Assembly: GCA_937868185.1 (NCBI GenBank)
Contig: CALMMG010000176.1
Coordinates: 35 to 64,034 of the forward strand
Direction: 5' to 3'
DNA length: 64,000 nucleotides
Source: an uncultured Pseudomonadota bacterium
GTDB lineage: Bacteria; Desulfobacterota; Desulfobulbia; Desulfobulbales; Desulfurivibrionaceae
Shown here: piece after piece, positions 10,350 through 18,801 of the stretch
How positions within the stretch are numbered: the first letter of the stretch is position 1
Layout of the letters: each line of letters begins with the position of its first letter
Notes under the pieces: model-generated
Told to the model about the DNA's origin: nothing
The model's input: the letters and a program-made list of their open reading frames with translations, nothing else
Database searches by the model: none
Program-made: the position numbers and the translations under genes

Positions 10350-10778
10350 GGATGGGGAGTCGCCGGTTGCCGCTATATCCTTGACCTGCTTCATGGCCCG
10401 GATATAGACCTCGCAGTTGTCGCATTGCGCGAAATCCTTGGCGCAGGCGGTGCTGGCTCGTTGCCAGCAGGGGATGGTTCTATCGATATAGGCTGAGCAG
10501 CGGTCCCTTTTTTCCGGTGGGCACTTGGTGATTTCCCAGCAGGGGGTGAGTTCGAGCAGCATCTTGATGCCGGGGATGCTGATGCCTTTTTCGTGGATCA
10601 GGGTACGTAAGCAGGTGATCCACTCAATGTCGTTGTTTGAGAAATAGCGCTTGTTGCCTTGTCGGGCGGGCTTGATCAGATTCTCTTCTTCGTAAATCCG
10701 CAAGGTGCGTGGGTGAACAGAAAGAAGTTTTGCCGCAACACTGATTGGGTAAATCGGTTCGCTGTTATCAAGAGTCAT
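10317..10778 (-). CDS. MerR/HspR-like regulator with a Cys-rich (two-CW type) C-terminal domain
   Basis: YPISVAAKLLSVHPRTLRIYE HTH; C-terminal CWEITKC...RC...CW...C...CDNC. Confidence 0.88.
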   Translation of the reverse strand: MTLDNSEPIYPISVAAKLLSVHPRTLRIYEEENLIKPARQGNKRYFSNNDIEWITCLRTLIHEKGISIPGIKMLLELTPCWEITKCPPEKRDRCSAYIDRTIPCWQRASTACAKDFAQCDNCEVYIRAMKQVKDIAATGDSPSLPLPVPDKIK

Positions 10779-10881
10779 CTGTCGCTCCGTGCGTATCCGT
10801 TTTGGGTGGATCGTTCTCTCGTGAACAGAGATTGGAGAAGGCCGCCCGGTAAGGGCAGCCTTTCTCAATATAGCACATCTC

Positions 10882-12324
10882 TTAGAGGCCGCGCAGTGTT
10901 TTCAAAACCTTGGGGGCCTCCTCGTCCTCGGCAAGAATGACATGACAGGTGTCACAGTTCATGGAGATGGTTTCCCCGGCCTTGGTCTCATGGCCGTCAT
11001 CATGGCAGCGGAAACAGCCTGAATCATTCTTGTGACCAAGAAAATTTCTGTAGGTATTCCATTCTATCTTCATCTCCGGGAAAACATTTTCCGCATAGGC
11101 CGCCTGGATGCCAGCGATGGCTTTTTCCAGAAGCGGCATATTGTTGTTCACCAGTTTTGGATAATCCTTTCGGTACCGAGCCCGGATTTCAGTGGCGATG
11201 CTGTTTCTGGCCTCTTCCTGACTGGCATAGGTCTTCGTGATCAACTCCATGGCATTTTTCTTTATGAAGGGAAGGGAAGTAGGGATATTCCCGTGTAGCA
11301 GTTTTTGGTCCAGGGCTTCATCTGGGGAAAGGTAGATATGGGTCGGGCGATTGTGGCAGTCGATGCAGTCCATGGTCCGGACCTCTCCGACAGGCCCGGC
11401 TGTCGTTTCTGTCTCCTTGGTGAAAACAACCTGGGTGCCGTCCGGCTTGGAAAGTGTTACCTCACGGATCTTTTCTCGCTCCCTGTCTGTGTGTGTGTAG
11501 GTTATCTTGTTTTCCGGGGCCACGTGCCAGTGAATGCCGTGGGCATCACTGCCCCGGTAACCGCCTGAACCAACTTTAAGGAGAAGCACGGTTTGGAGAT
11601 GGGTGTTATTTTCATCGGCTTTGAATTTATCTCGGATATAGAGCTTGTCCCCATGAAACAATTCAGGCCGATGACATTCTTCGCAAGTCTCCCGGGCCGG
11701 GCGCAGACCGTGGACTGGGGTTTGGATGGGCCTGCTGTAGGTGTTGAGAGCAACGGCAAAAAGTTGTCGTACCCCGGAAATCTTCGATTTTGCAAACCAC
11801 TGGGCACCGGGGCCGATATGACACTCTACACAGCGGACCCGTGAATGGGGAGAATTCTTGTAGGTGGTATACTCCGGCGCCATGACCGTATGGCAGAATT
11901 GCCCGCAGAAGCCGACGGATTCGGTATAGTGGTAGCCCGTGTAGGAAATGAGGGCGAGGATAAAAAGATTGAGCAGGGTAAGGGCGGTTGCCAGGAGAAT
12001 GAGTTTTCGCACTTTGGCGAAACGGTTCGGGGCGGTGAATTGTTCTTTCAGATAGTCATAGGTGAAGATGCCGACCGCTTCCTTGCCCTTGAAGAAAAAA
12101 AGGCCCAGGAAAACAAGGACCAGCCCCACCATGAAGAGCGGCCCAAGAACCATATAGATAATAAACCCGAAATAAGCGTTTGCCACAATTCCCATGATAT
12201 CGAGGAAAGCTGAAACCAGCAGGATCGGAAAGGTAAGAGTAGTTATAACGGCACCAACCAGGGAAACCTTGCTGCGTGCAATGCCATTGATAAATGTCTT
12301 GATGATGTCCGTGAATTTGACCAA
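10882..12324 (-). CDS. Membrane-anchored NapC/NirT-family multiheme cytochrome c (about 6 hemes)
   Basis: Three N-terminal TM segments; CGQFCH, CVECH, CEECH, CIDCH, CFRCH, CDTCH; TTG start with AGGAGG SD. Confidence 0.9.
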   Translation of the reverse strand: MVKFTDIIKTFINGIARSKVSLVGAVITTLTFPILLVSAFLDIMGIVANAYFGFIIYMVLGPLFMVGLVLVFLGLFFFKGKEAVGIFTYDYLKEQFTAPNRFAKVRKLILLATALTLLNLFILALISYTGYHYTESVGFCGQFCHTVMAPEYTTYKNSPHSRVRCVECHIGPGAQWFAKSKISGVRQLFAVALNTYSRPIQTPVHGLRPARETCEECHRPELFHGDKLYIRDKFKADENNTHLQTVLLLKVGSGGYRGSDAHGIHWHVAPENKITYTHTDREREKIREVTLSKPDGTQVVFTKETETTAGPVGEVRTMDCIDCHNRPTHIYLSPDEALDQKLLHGNIPTSLPFIKKNAMELITKTYASQEEARNSIATEIRARYRKDYPKLVNNNMPLLEKAIAGIQAAYAENVFPEMKIEWNTYRNFLGHKNDSGCFRCHDDGHETKAGETISMNCDTCHVILAEDEEAPKVLKTLRGL

Positions 12325-12585
12325 TGTTCATCCTCCTCATCTCGATATTTCTCATGGTTTCACATTCCGTGAAATGCTGCCTCCCTTGTAATCTATCACA
12401 GATAAGTATAAAGAAAAAACAAATAATTTTAGTATGTTACGTGTCAGTTCGAGGTGTTAGCATTGCAGGATTGAAGAACAGGCAGGATTAGTGGAAATAA
12501 AAAATGTCATTTTTTTGCTCAACCACGATATCGCAAAAATACGGGAAAAACCCCGCAAGGTTCCCTCTTTTTGGGGCTTCTGGTT

Positions 12586-14478
12586 TCAGTAGTAGTCGCC
12601 TGGTGAAGGCAGATGCGCGCAATGGCTGGCAGCCGGGCAGGTCATGCATTCGTGAACTTTGCCCTCGCTGGATTCTGTTGTTCCCGAACCCTGTTTTTTC
12701 TGGGAGCACTCGAAGATTATCTCCATCTCTTCCCGATCCAGGGTTTCTGTTTGCAGGAGAATTTCCGCAAGATGGCCTAAAAAATCTTTTTCTTGCAGCA
12801 GGATGGCGTATGCCCTCTGGTAGCTATCTTCCACCAATTTTCGTACCTCCATGTCGATATGCCGGGCGGTGGTTTCGCTATAGATCAGCTGGCTTGCCTG
12901 GTCTCCCAAAAAGCCTTCATCGGATTTGGCATAGGCCAGGGGTCCGACGACCTCATTCATCCCCCACTGGCACACCATCTTGGTAGCGATCTGGGTGGCG
13001 CGCAACAGGTCGTCCTCCGCGCCGGTGGTTTGCTGGTTGAGGCCGATTCTTTCCGCAGCCCGACCGCCCATGAGGATGGTGATTTTGGCCTGCAGGTATT
13101 CTTTGGTGTAGGCCTGGCGGTCGATAAGGCTTTGTTGTTGGGTGTGGCCCATGGCCCGGCCACGGGGGATAATGGTGATTTTCTGAATGGGGTCGGCCTC
13201 AGGAATATGGCGGGCGACAATGGCATGCCCGGCCTCATGGTAGGCCATTGTCCGTCGGTCATCCTTGCTGATCACGAAGCCTTTGCGCTCTACGCCGATG
13301 AGAATCCGGTCTTTTGCCTCGTTAAAATCGCTTGCTTCGATGCCTTCTTTGTTTTCCCGAGCCGCTATCAGGGCGGCTTCGTTCACAAGATTGGCCAGTT
13401 CTGCCCCGGTAAATCCGGGGGTATTTCTGGCAACCTCGGCCAGATCGACACCTTCAGAGATGGTTACGCGTTTGCTGTGCACCTGGATGATTTTCAATCT
13501 CCCTTTCACATCGGGGGGTAGGATGGTGATCTGCCGGTCAAAGCGGCCCGGGCGTCGAAGAGCCGGATCAAGGATGTCCGGACGGTTGGTGGCGGCTAGG
13601 ACGATGATGGTATCGTCACGGCTGAAGCCATCCATCTCGACAAGTAGGGCGTTTAGGGTCTGGCTCCGTTCATCCTGGCCGCCCACAGATCCTCCTCCGC
13701 TGCGGCGTGCGCCCACCGCATCAATTTCGTCGATAAAGATGATGCAGGGGGCATTTTTCTTGGCTTCCCGGAAAAGATCCCGAACCCTGGAGGCGCCGAC
13801 CCCCACGAACATTTCTACGAAGTCAGAGCCGCTGAAGCTGTAAAATGGAACCCCGGCCTCGCCGGCAATGGCCTTGGCGAGAAGGGTTTTGCCTGTGCCG
13901 GGAAGTCCTTGCAACAGGACGCCCTTGGGTAGGCTGGCGCCGAGACGGCTGAATTTTTTTGGTTCTTTGAGGAAATTGACAATCTCTTTGAGTTCTTCCT
14001 TTGCCTCGGGGATGCCGGCAACATCGTCAAAGGTTATGGGGATATTGTTTTTGTCGAAATGAATCGCTTTGTTTTTGGCAAATTCCGGCTCCTCTTCGCC
14101 ACTCCGCAGCTGGTTGTGCATCAATAGCAGCCATCCGATTAAGATGACACCGATTGGTAGGGTGACGGTAAAGAGATTCCAAAATGGCGAGGGGCGGTCG
14201 TCTTCCGCAGTGATGGCAATCTTCTTTTTGGCAAGTTTGCCCATGAGATCGCCCACATCGGGAGAAAAGGTTGAAAAATCTCGGCCGTAAATATCCTTTA
14301 TCTTGATGTTGCCGCCCTTGAGGTGTACCTCGGCAATCTCGTTGTTTTCAAGGTTGGTCAAGAAGTCGTTGTATTTCAGTGGCGGGCTGGTGTTTTCCAG
14401 CCTCCAGAAAAGAGCGGTGGCAAGGCCAATAACCCCGAGCACGGTGACGAGGAAGAGTGTGTAGAAAAGTTTGGTCAT
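12586..14478 (-). CDS. ftsH: ATP-dependent zinc metalloprotease FtsH paralog
   Basis: Two TM helices, GLPGTGKT Walker A, IFIDEID Walker [14 protein letters not shown] zinc motif. Confidence 0.95.
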   Translation of the reverse strand: MTKLFYTLFLVTVLGVIGLATALFWRLENTSPPLKYNDFLTNLENNEIAEVHLKGGNIKIKDIYGRDFSTFSPDVGDLMGKLAKKKIAITAEDDRPSPFWNLFTVTLPIGVILIGWLLLMHNQLRSGEEEPEFAKNKAIHFDKNNIPITFDDVAGIPEAKEELKEIVNFLKEPKKFSRLGASLPKGVLLQGLPGTGKTLLAKAIAGEAGVPFYSFSGSDFVEMFVGVGASRVRDLFREAKKNAPCIIFIDEIDAVGARRSGGGSVGGQDERSQTLNALLVEMDGFSRDDTIIVLAATNRPDILDPALRRPGRFDRQITILPPDVKGRLKIIQVHSKRVTISEGVDLAEVARNTPGFTGAELANLVNEAALIAARENKEGIEASDFNEAKDRILIGVERKGFVISKDDRRTMAYHEAGHAIVARHIPEADPIQKITIIPRGRAMGHTQQQSLIDRQAYTKEYLQAKITILMGGRAAERIGLNQQTTGAEDDLLRATQIATKMVCQWGMNEVVGPLAYAKSDEGFLGDQASQLIYSETTARHIDMEVRKLVEDSYQRAYAILLQEKDFLGHLAEILLQTETLDREEMEIIFECSQKKQGSGTTESSEGKVHECMTCPAASHCAHLPSPGDYY

Positions 14479-14600
14479 GGCAACCTCTTTTTGTTCGCGA
14501 TGTGCTTGTCCGCGAAGGCTTTGCGCTGTAAGATTTTTCAGTATATCTCCCTGATATTTTTTATTGTACCGGAAGCAGTATCCTGCTGCCAATCATAAAT

Positions 14601-14637
14601 AAAAAAAGCCCGGGACGTACGCAAGGTACGCCCGGGC
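14601..14637 (-). terminator. Rho-independent terminator after the small membrane protein genes
   Basis: Minus strand GCCCGGGCGTAC-CTTGC-GTACGTCCCGGGC then T7. Confidence 0.8.
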
Positions 14638-14700
14638 CTGTCTTTGTGCGGGTGTTGCTCTCTGGATTGTTGGATGATATTCCTTTCGAAGATTTTGCGA

Positions 14701-14943
14701 TTATATGCCGGTGAAGGCGGTAAGCCAGCCCTTAACAAACCCTGTAATTCCGCCATATTTTATAAGACCTCCGACCAACAAAAAAAAGCCGCTCAACCCT
14801 ATGATTGCTCCGGTGCAAAGAATAACCCCTAGACCAACCATGGAAACCTCACGGCCAACATCGATGTTGTGATCAGGTCTTCCAAGCAAAGCATGGCATT
14901 TTTTTCTTACTTTTACCTTGGTTATGGCGAACTCATTGTGCAT
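14701..14943 (-). CDS. Small membrane protein, 80 aa (paralog 2)
   Basis: GGAGAG SD before the ATG; basic N-terminus, Gly-rich hydrophobic helix, ends GGITGFVKGWLTAFTGI. Confidence 0.7.
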   Translation of the reverse strand: MHNEFAITKVKVRKKCHALLGRPDHNIDVGREVSMVGLGVILCTGAIIGLSGFFLLVGGLIKYGGITGFVKGWLTAFTGI

Positions 14944-14984
14944 TGAAGCTCTCTCCATCGTGGCTGCTGAGATGTTTTTGTTTC

Positions 14985-15203
14985 TCATCCGCCGGTTACC
15001 GCAGAAATCCACGTTCTCGCCAGAGCAATGGGGCCACCGGTGGAGAGCAATGCACCGATAAAGCAGGCTACTGCCCATGGACCCATCAAGGTTGAAATCG
15101 TGCCAAATGTTGCCAGGGCTCCGGTGGAAATTTTGCTGTCTGTGGTTTCTTTCGCCACAACTCTGGTCCGATTTATGCTTTTTGCCAACGATGCATGTGT
15201 CAT
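14985..15203 (-). CDS. Small membrane protein, 72 aa (paralog 1)
   Basis: GAGAGGGG SD; same architecture as paralog 2, ends GGPIALARTWISAVTGG. Confidence 0.7.
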   Translation of the reverse strand: MTHASLAKSINRTRVVAKETTDSKISTGALATFGTISTLMGPWAVACFIGALLSTGGPIALARTWISAVTGG

Positions 15204-15260
15204 TGTTCGTTCCCCTCTCGTAGGACGAATATTCCCAAGTGACAGTTGCTCTTTTTAAAG

Positions 15261-15288
15261 AGAATATGCTTTTTTATGGAAAAGTCAA
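15261..15288 (-). promoter_or_regulatory. Putative sigma70 promoter for the small membrane protein genes
   Basis: Minus strand TTGACT, 16-bp spacer, TATTCT. Confidence 0.5.
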
Positions 15289-15433
15289 CCGTAAAAGTTG
15301 TGTTATTCCAGTATGTTATATGTAAATTCCAGGTGTGATGATTCGAGGCCTGTGGCGTGCTAGTATCCGGTGAACATGAAGTTTACGATAATTTTGACAA
15401 CTGTGAATTGCAGGTGCGAGTTGGGGCAGAAGG

Positions 15434-15469
15434 ACGATAGGCACGGGGAAATGCTCCCGTGCCTATCGT
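15434..15469 (-). terminator. Stem-loop closing the regB-regA-nosL-like transcript
   Basis: Perfect 14-bp arms ACGATAGGCACGGG / CCCGTGCCTATCGT just after the stop codon; U-tract weak. Confidence 0.6.
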
Positions 15470-15480
15470 TGTGGGGAGTC

Positions 15481-16032
15481 TTACTTCGCGGGTGAGTGCG
15501 GCATATTCATCTGCATGTGCATTCCACCCATGAGCGGTTTGATAGTGTTCATGTTGATGTTTACATAGGTTTCGATGGTTCCGCCGTTGGCCTTTTGGAA
15601 TTCTTCCGCTGCGGCGCGGGTGGCAAAGGGAATAAGCTCCTTGCCCATGGGACCCAATTCCTTGCTGTCTATCACATAGTGAGCTGTCTTGCCGTCAAGC
15701 CATTTGCCGGTTTTAAAATCTTTGACCCAGATGGCGGCTATCTGGTCAGGATGGCGCTCCGGTGCGAATTTCTGCATATTCAGAAGAAAGCGGAACATGC
15801 ACTTGTTGCCATCAAAGGCGGCCATGGCGCCATCCGTGAAGATAATCTGGGTCTGCCATTGAGGGTAGCGCTGCGGATACATGCCACAGGCTGCGCAACT
15901 CATCCCTTCGGTGATTGGCTGGGGTTCCGGGCCAGCTGCTAGGGCCAGGCCACAGGTCAGTAGCATTACTACGCTCAAAATTACGAGGGAAAGCCGGGTT
16001 CTGTAAGTGTTGCCAGTCTGTGCGGTGTGCAT
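15481..16032 (-). CDS. NosL-family periplasmic protein
   Basis: Signal peptide (ALA), CAACGM, FDGNKCM, GPMGKELIPF, AEEFQKANGG. Confidence 0.85.
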   Translation of the reverse strand: MHTAQTGNTYRTRLSLVILSVVMLLTCGLALAAGPEPQPITEGMSCAACGMYPQRYPQWQTQIIFTDGAMAAFDGNKCMFRFLLNMQKFAPERHPDQIAAIWVKDFKTGKWLDGKTAHYVIDSKELGPMGKELIPFATRAAAEEFQKANGGTIETYVNINMNTIKPLMGGMHMQMNMPHSPAK

Positions 16033-16062
16033 GCTTATCTCCTTGTGTGTGGATTGCTGTCA

Positions 16063-16599
16063 TTATTTGCTGGGAGGATATTTTTGCAGCTTTCGTTGCA
16101 GGGTTCTTCGGTGCAGGTCGAGTTTTTTGGCAGCCAGGGAAATGTTGCCGTCGCAGTCGGTGAGCACGCGATTGATGTGTTCCCATTCGGCTCGGGCCAG
16201 GGACGGGGCCGTGAACTCATCTTGGTCGACCTCCAGCGCAAGCTCAGGGTTTCTGGCAAAAGCGCCGAGAATATCGTCCACATCCGCCGGTTTGGGCAGG
16301 TAATAGAGCGCTCCCAGGCGGACCGCCTCTGTAGCTGTGGCGATGCTACCGTAGCCGGTGAGTACGACCATCTGCATGTCCGGGTTGATCTCCCTGGCTA
16401 CGGCGATGAGTTCCAGTCCCGACCTGCCGGGCATTTTTAGGTCAATCACCCCCATGGCTGGTCTCTGTTCGTCAATGACCCGCAAGGCTTCATCGAAATT
16501 TCCGGCCGTGAAAACCGTGAACTCTCGCTGGCTAAAAGCCTTTGCCAACCGGTCCCGGAACAGCTCCTCATCGTCGACCAGAAGAATCGTTTTATCCAT
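16063..16599 (-). CDS. regA: RegA/PrrA/ActR-family response regulator
   Basis: Receiver (LVDD, IDLKMP, LTGYGSIATA, YLPKPAD) plus the diagnostic SLARAEWEHINRVL...NISLAAKKLDLHRRTLQRKL HTH. Confidence 0.92.
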   Translation of the reverse strand: MDKTILLVDDEELFRDRLAKAFSQREFTVFTAGNFDEALRVIDEQRPAMGVIDLKMPGRSGLELIAVAREINPDMQMVVLTGYGSIATATEAVRLGALYYLPKPADVDDILGAFARNPELALEVDQDEFTAPSLARAEWEHINRVLTDCDGNISLAAKKLDLHRRTLQRKLQKYPPSK

Positions 16600-17953
16600 G
16601 AAATACCTCCGGCGTACCGGTCTTGATCTGTTGTAAGGTAAAGAAAAGCGTTACCTTCGAGCCCTTGCCTGGTTCAGAAATCAGGGTCAGTCCACCGCCA
16701 AACCTGTCGGCAAATGATTTGGCAAGAAAGAGGCCAAGCCCCAACCCCTTGCCAGGCTCCTTGGTGGTAAAAAATGGTTCTGTTGCCCGGGCGGCAATGT
16801 CCGGGGCCATGCCGGAGCCCCTGTCCGTGACTTCAATATAGAGCCGCGTTGCGTCCTGTCGGCATTCCACCAGAACAGGTGCGCTCGGGGCAGCATCGAA
16901 AGCATTCTTGATGAGGCCCCGGACAATGCGGCGTAGGGTGCGAAGCGGCATCCTGACAAATAGCCCGTCCGTTTTGTCGGTATAGTGTACCTGATTCTTG
17001 AGTGGATCGGGAAAGGAATTGATCAGCGTTTCCATGAGATCTTTAAGGGGGAAATCGGTGAAAGCTTCACCCATCTGGTCTCCGGCATCGGCGGCCAAGT
17101 GGAAGAGGATATCCTTGCAACGATTGACCTGATCGCGGATCAGGCTGACATCGGCAAGAAGCTCAGGAAAGTCTGCGTCGTTGTTTTTTTTCAGGGCATA
17201 AAACATCTCGCCTGCAGCCACGGCAATGGTTGACAAAGGAGTGGAGAATTCATGTGCTGCCCCAGCGGCCAGGGTGGCGAGAGAAGCCATCTTTTCGCTT
17301 TTTGTTTTCTCTTCTTGCAGGTCCGCCAGGGTTTTTTGGTGTCTGGCCAGGGCCAGCTGAATCCGGCTAACAAAAAAAACAATAAAAAACGCGGTGATGG
17401 CAAAGGCGACCCACATGCCCTGGAGATGAATCTTTAGGGGGTCGCTCAGGGTTGCAAGCATCCCTGGTTCTGGGTGACAAGATTGATTCAAGCCTCCCTC
17501 GGCAGGCAGAAAAAAAAGGGCAGCATAGCAGCCGGTGGTGAAACCGACCAAGCTCCATGACCAGACTGGCGGCATGAGGATGGCGCCCAAGGTGATGTGC
17601 ACCAGATAAAGAAAGGTGAACGGGTTCATGGGGCCGCCGGAATAGTGGATAAGGCCGGTGAGCAGTGCGGTGTCAAGAAACATAACCAAAGCGAAGATCT
17701 GATCGGCCATGGCTATTTCTTTCTTTTTCAGGAAACCGAACAGGAGGTTGGTGATGATCTCAAAGGCCAAGATGCCGGAAATAACCCGGTAAGGGAGAAT
17801 AATCTTAAGAAAGAAAAGGGCGATCAGCACCAGAAGAACCTGGGCCGCCACCGCGCCCCAGCGCAAATGCAGCAACCAGGCGAAGGCGATTTTGGCCGAG
17901 GCGGTGTTTTTTTCATCCCCGGTCTGATTGTTGTGTTGGACAACAGTATGCAC
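16592..17953 (-). CDS. regB: RegB/PrrB/ActS-family sensor histidine kinase
   Basis: LRW in TM1, GGPMNPF quinone-binding motif, AAHEFSTPL H-box, QVNRCKDIL redox Cys box, EPFFTTK, GLGLGLFL; probable GTG start at 17953. Confidence 0.9.
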   Translation of the reverse strand: MHTVVQHNNQTGDEKNTASAKIAFAWLLHLRWGAVAAQVLLVLIALFFLKIILPYRVISGILAFEIITNLLFGFLKKKEIAMADQIFALVMFLDTALLTGLIHYSGGPMNPFTFLYLVHITLGAILMPPVWSWSLVGFTTGCYAALFFLPAEGGLNQSCHPEPGMLATLSDPLKIHLQGMWVAFAITAFFIVFFVSRIQLALARHQKTLADLQEEKTKSEKMASLATLAAGAAHEFSTPLSTIAVAAGEMFYALKKNNDADFPELLADVSLIRDQVNRCKDILFHLAADAGDQMGEAFTDFPLKDLMETLINSFPDPLKNQVHYTDKTDGLFVRMPLRTLRRIVRGLIKNAFDAAPSAPVLVECRQDATRLYIEVTDRGSGMAPDIAARATEPFFTTKEPGKGLGLGLFLAKSFADRFGGGLTLISEPGKGSKVTLFFTLQQIKTGTPEVFHG

Positions 17954-18032
17954 AGTATAGCCCCACTCTTTGATTAGAAAGCAACGCCTGATGCATACCA
18001 TTATTCGGCAGGAAGTTGAAGCGCAACCTGGA

Positions 18033-18075
18033 CCCCCGTTGCAAATGCGACAATTTGTCGCATTTGCAACGGGGG
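18033..18075. promoter_or_regulatory. 43-bp palindrome centred on a RegA/PrrA-type box
   Basis: CCCCCGTTGCAAATGCGACAA-T-TTGTCGCATTTGCAACGGGGG, perfect 21-bp arms, between divergent regB and torD-like genes. Confidence 0.75.
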
Positions 18076-18233
18076 GGCCTTGTGTTATAGCTTTTTATAT
18101 TCTCTTTCCTCTCCTTGTAAACGCTCATCGGATGGGAACCTTTTCTCTGTTGCTTGCGGCTCGTCGATGTGATGGGTCAGCATCCGGTGGGCGTATTTTT
18201 TAAACGATATTTATTTTGTCCCCAAGTGAGGCT

Positions 18234-18800
18234 ATGACCCAATCCACTTCGATTAACATGACGGAAATCTACCGCTTTCTCGCCCAGTCCATGCGATATC
18301 CCAGCCCCGACTGGATGCAGGCGGATTATTTTTCCGCACTCGATACCTTTCTTGTCGAGCTTGGTTGGGATGCTGAGGCGCAGGCCATTCGGCAGTCAAT
18401 TTCTGAAAGTGCTGACTGGCTTGAGCCCTTGCAGGTGGAGCACACCCGGCTATTCGTCAACGCGATTCCCACAGTGGTCGCCCCGCCATACGGTTCGGTC
18501 TATCTCAGTGCCGACGGCATGCTCTATGGTCCCAGTGCCGAGAAAACAAAGCAATTTTACCGCGAGCAGGGCTTCGACCTGGTGGGCGAAGCAGATATCC
18601 CCGATCATCTTTCTTTTGAGCTGGAATTTCTGGCCCTACTTGCGGAGGAAGGTAAGAACGATGAGGAAGAGCGGTTTCTTTCCGAACATTTCAGGCCGTG
18701 GTTCCCAAAGTTTCAGGCACGGGTTGTCCAAGAGGTGCGTCACCCTTTTTACAGGGTTTTAGTAAATCTCATTGATTTTTTCACACGGGAGGAATTGTAA
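18234..18800 (+). CDS. TorD/DmsD-family molybdoenzyme chaperone
   Basis: EHTRLF, PPYGSVY, PDHLSFELEFL, FLSEHFRPW. Confidence 0.92.
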   Translation: MTQSTSINMTEIYRFLAQSMRYPSPDWMQADYFSALDTFLVELGWDAEAQAIRQSISESADWLEPLQVEHTRLFVNAIPTVVAPPYGSVYLSADGMLYGPSAEKTKQFYREQGFDLVGEADIPDHLSFELEFLALLAEEGKNDEEERFLSEHFRPWFPKFQARVVQEVRHPFYRVLVNLIDFFTREEL

Positions 18801-18801
18801 A

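Noticed and set aside
15481-16032. N2O reductase cluster
   Set aside because: Only NosL-like genes are present; no nosZ, nosD, nosF or nosY in the window.
18033-18075. Palindrome as a terminator or MITE
   Set aside because: It lies between divergent genes, has a 1-nt spacer, no U-tract and no target-site duplication.
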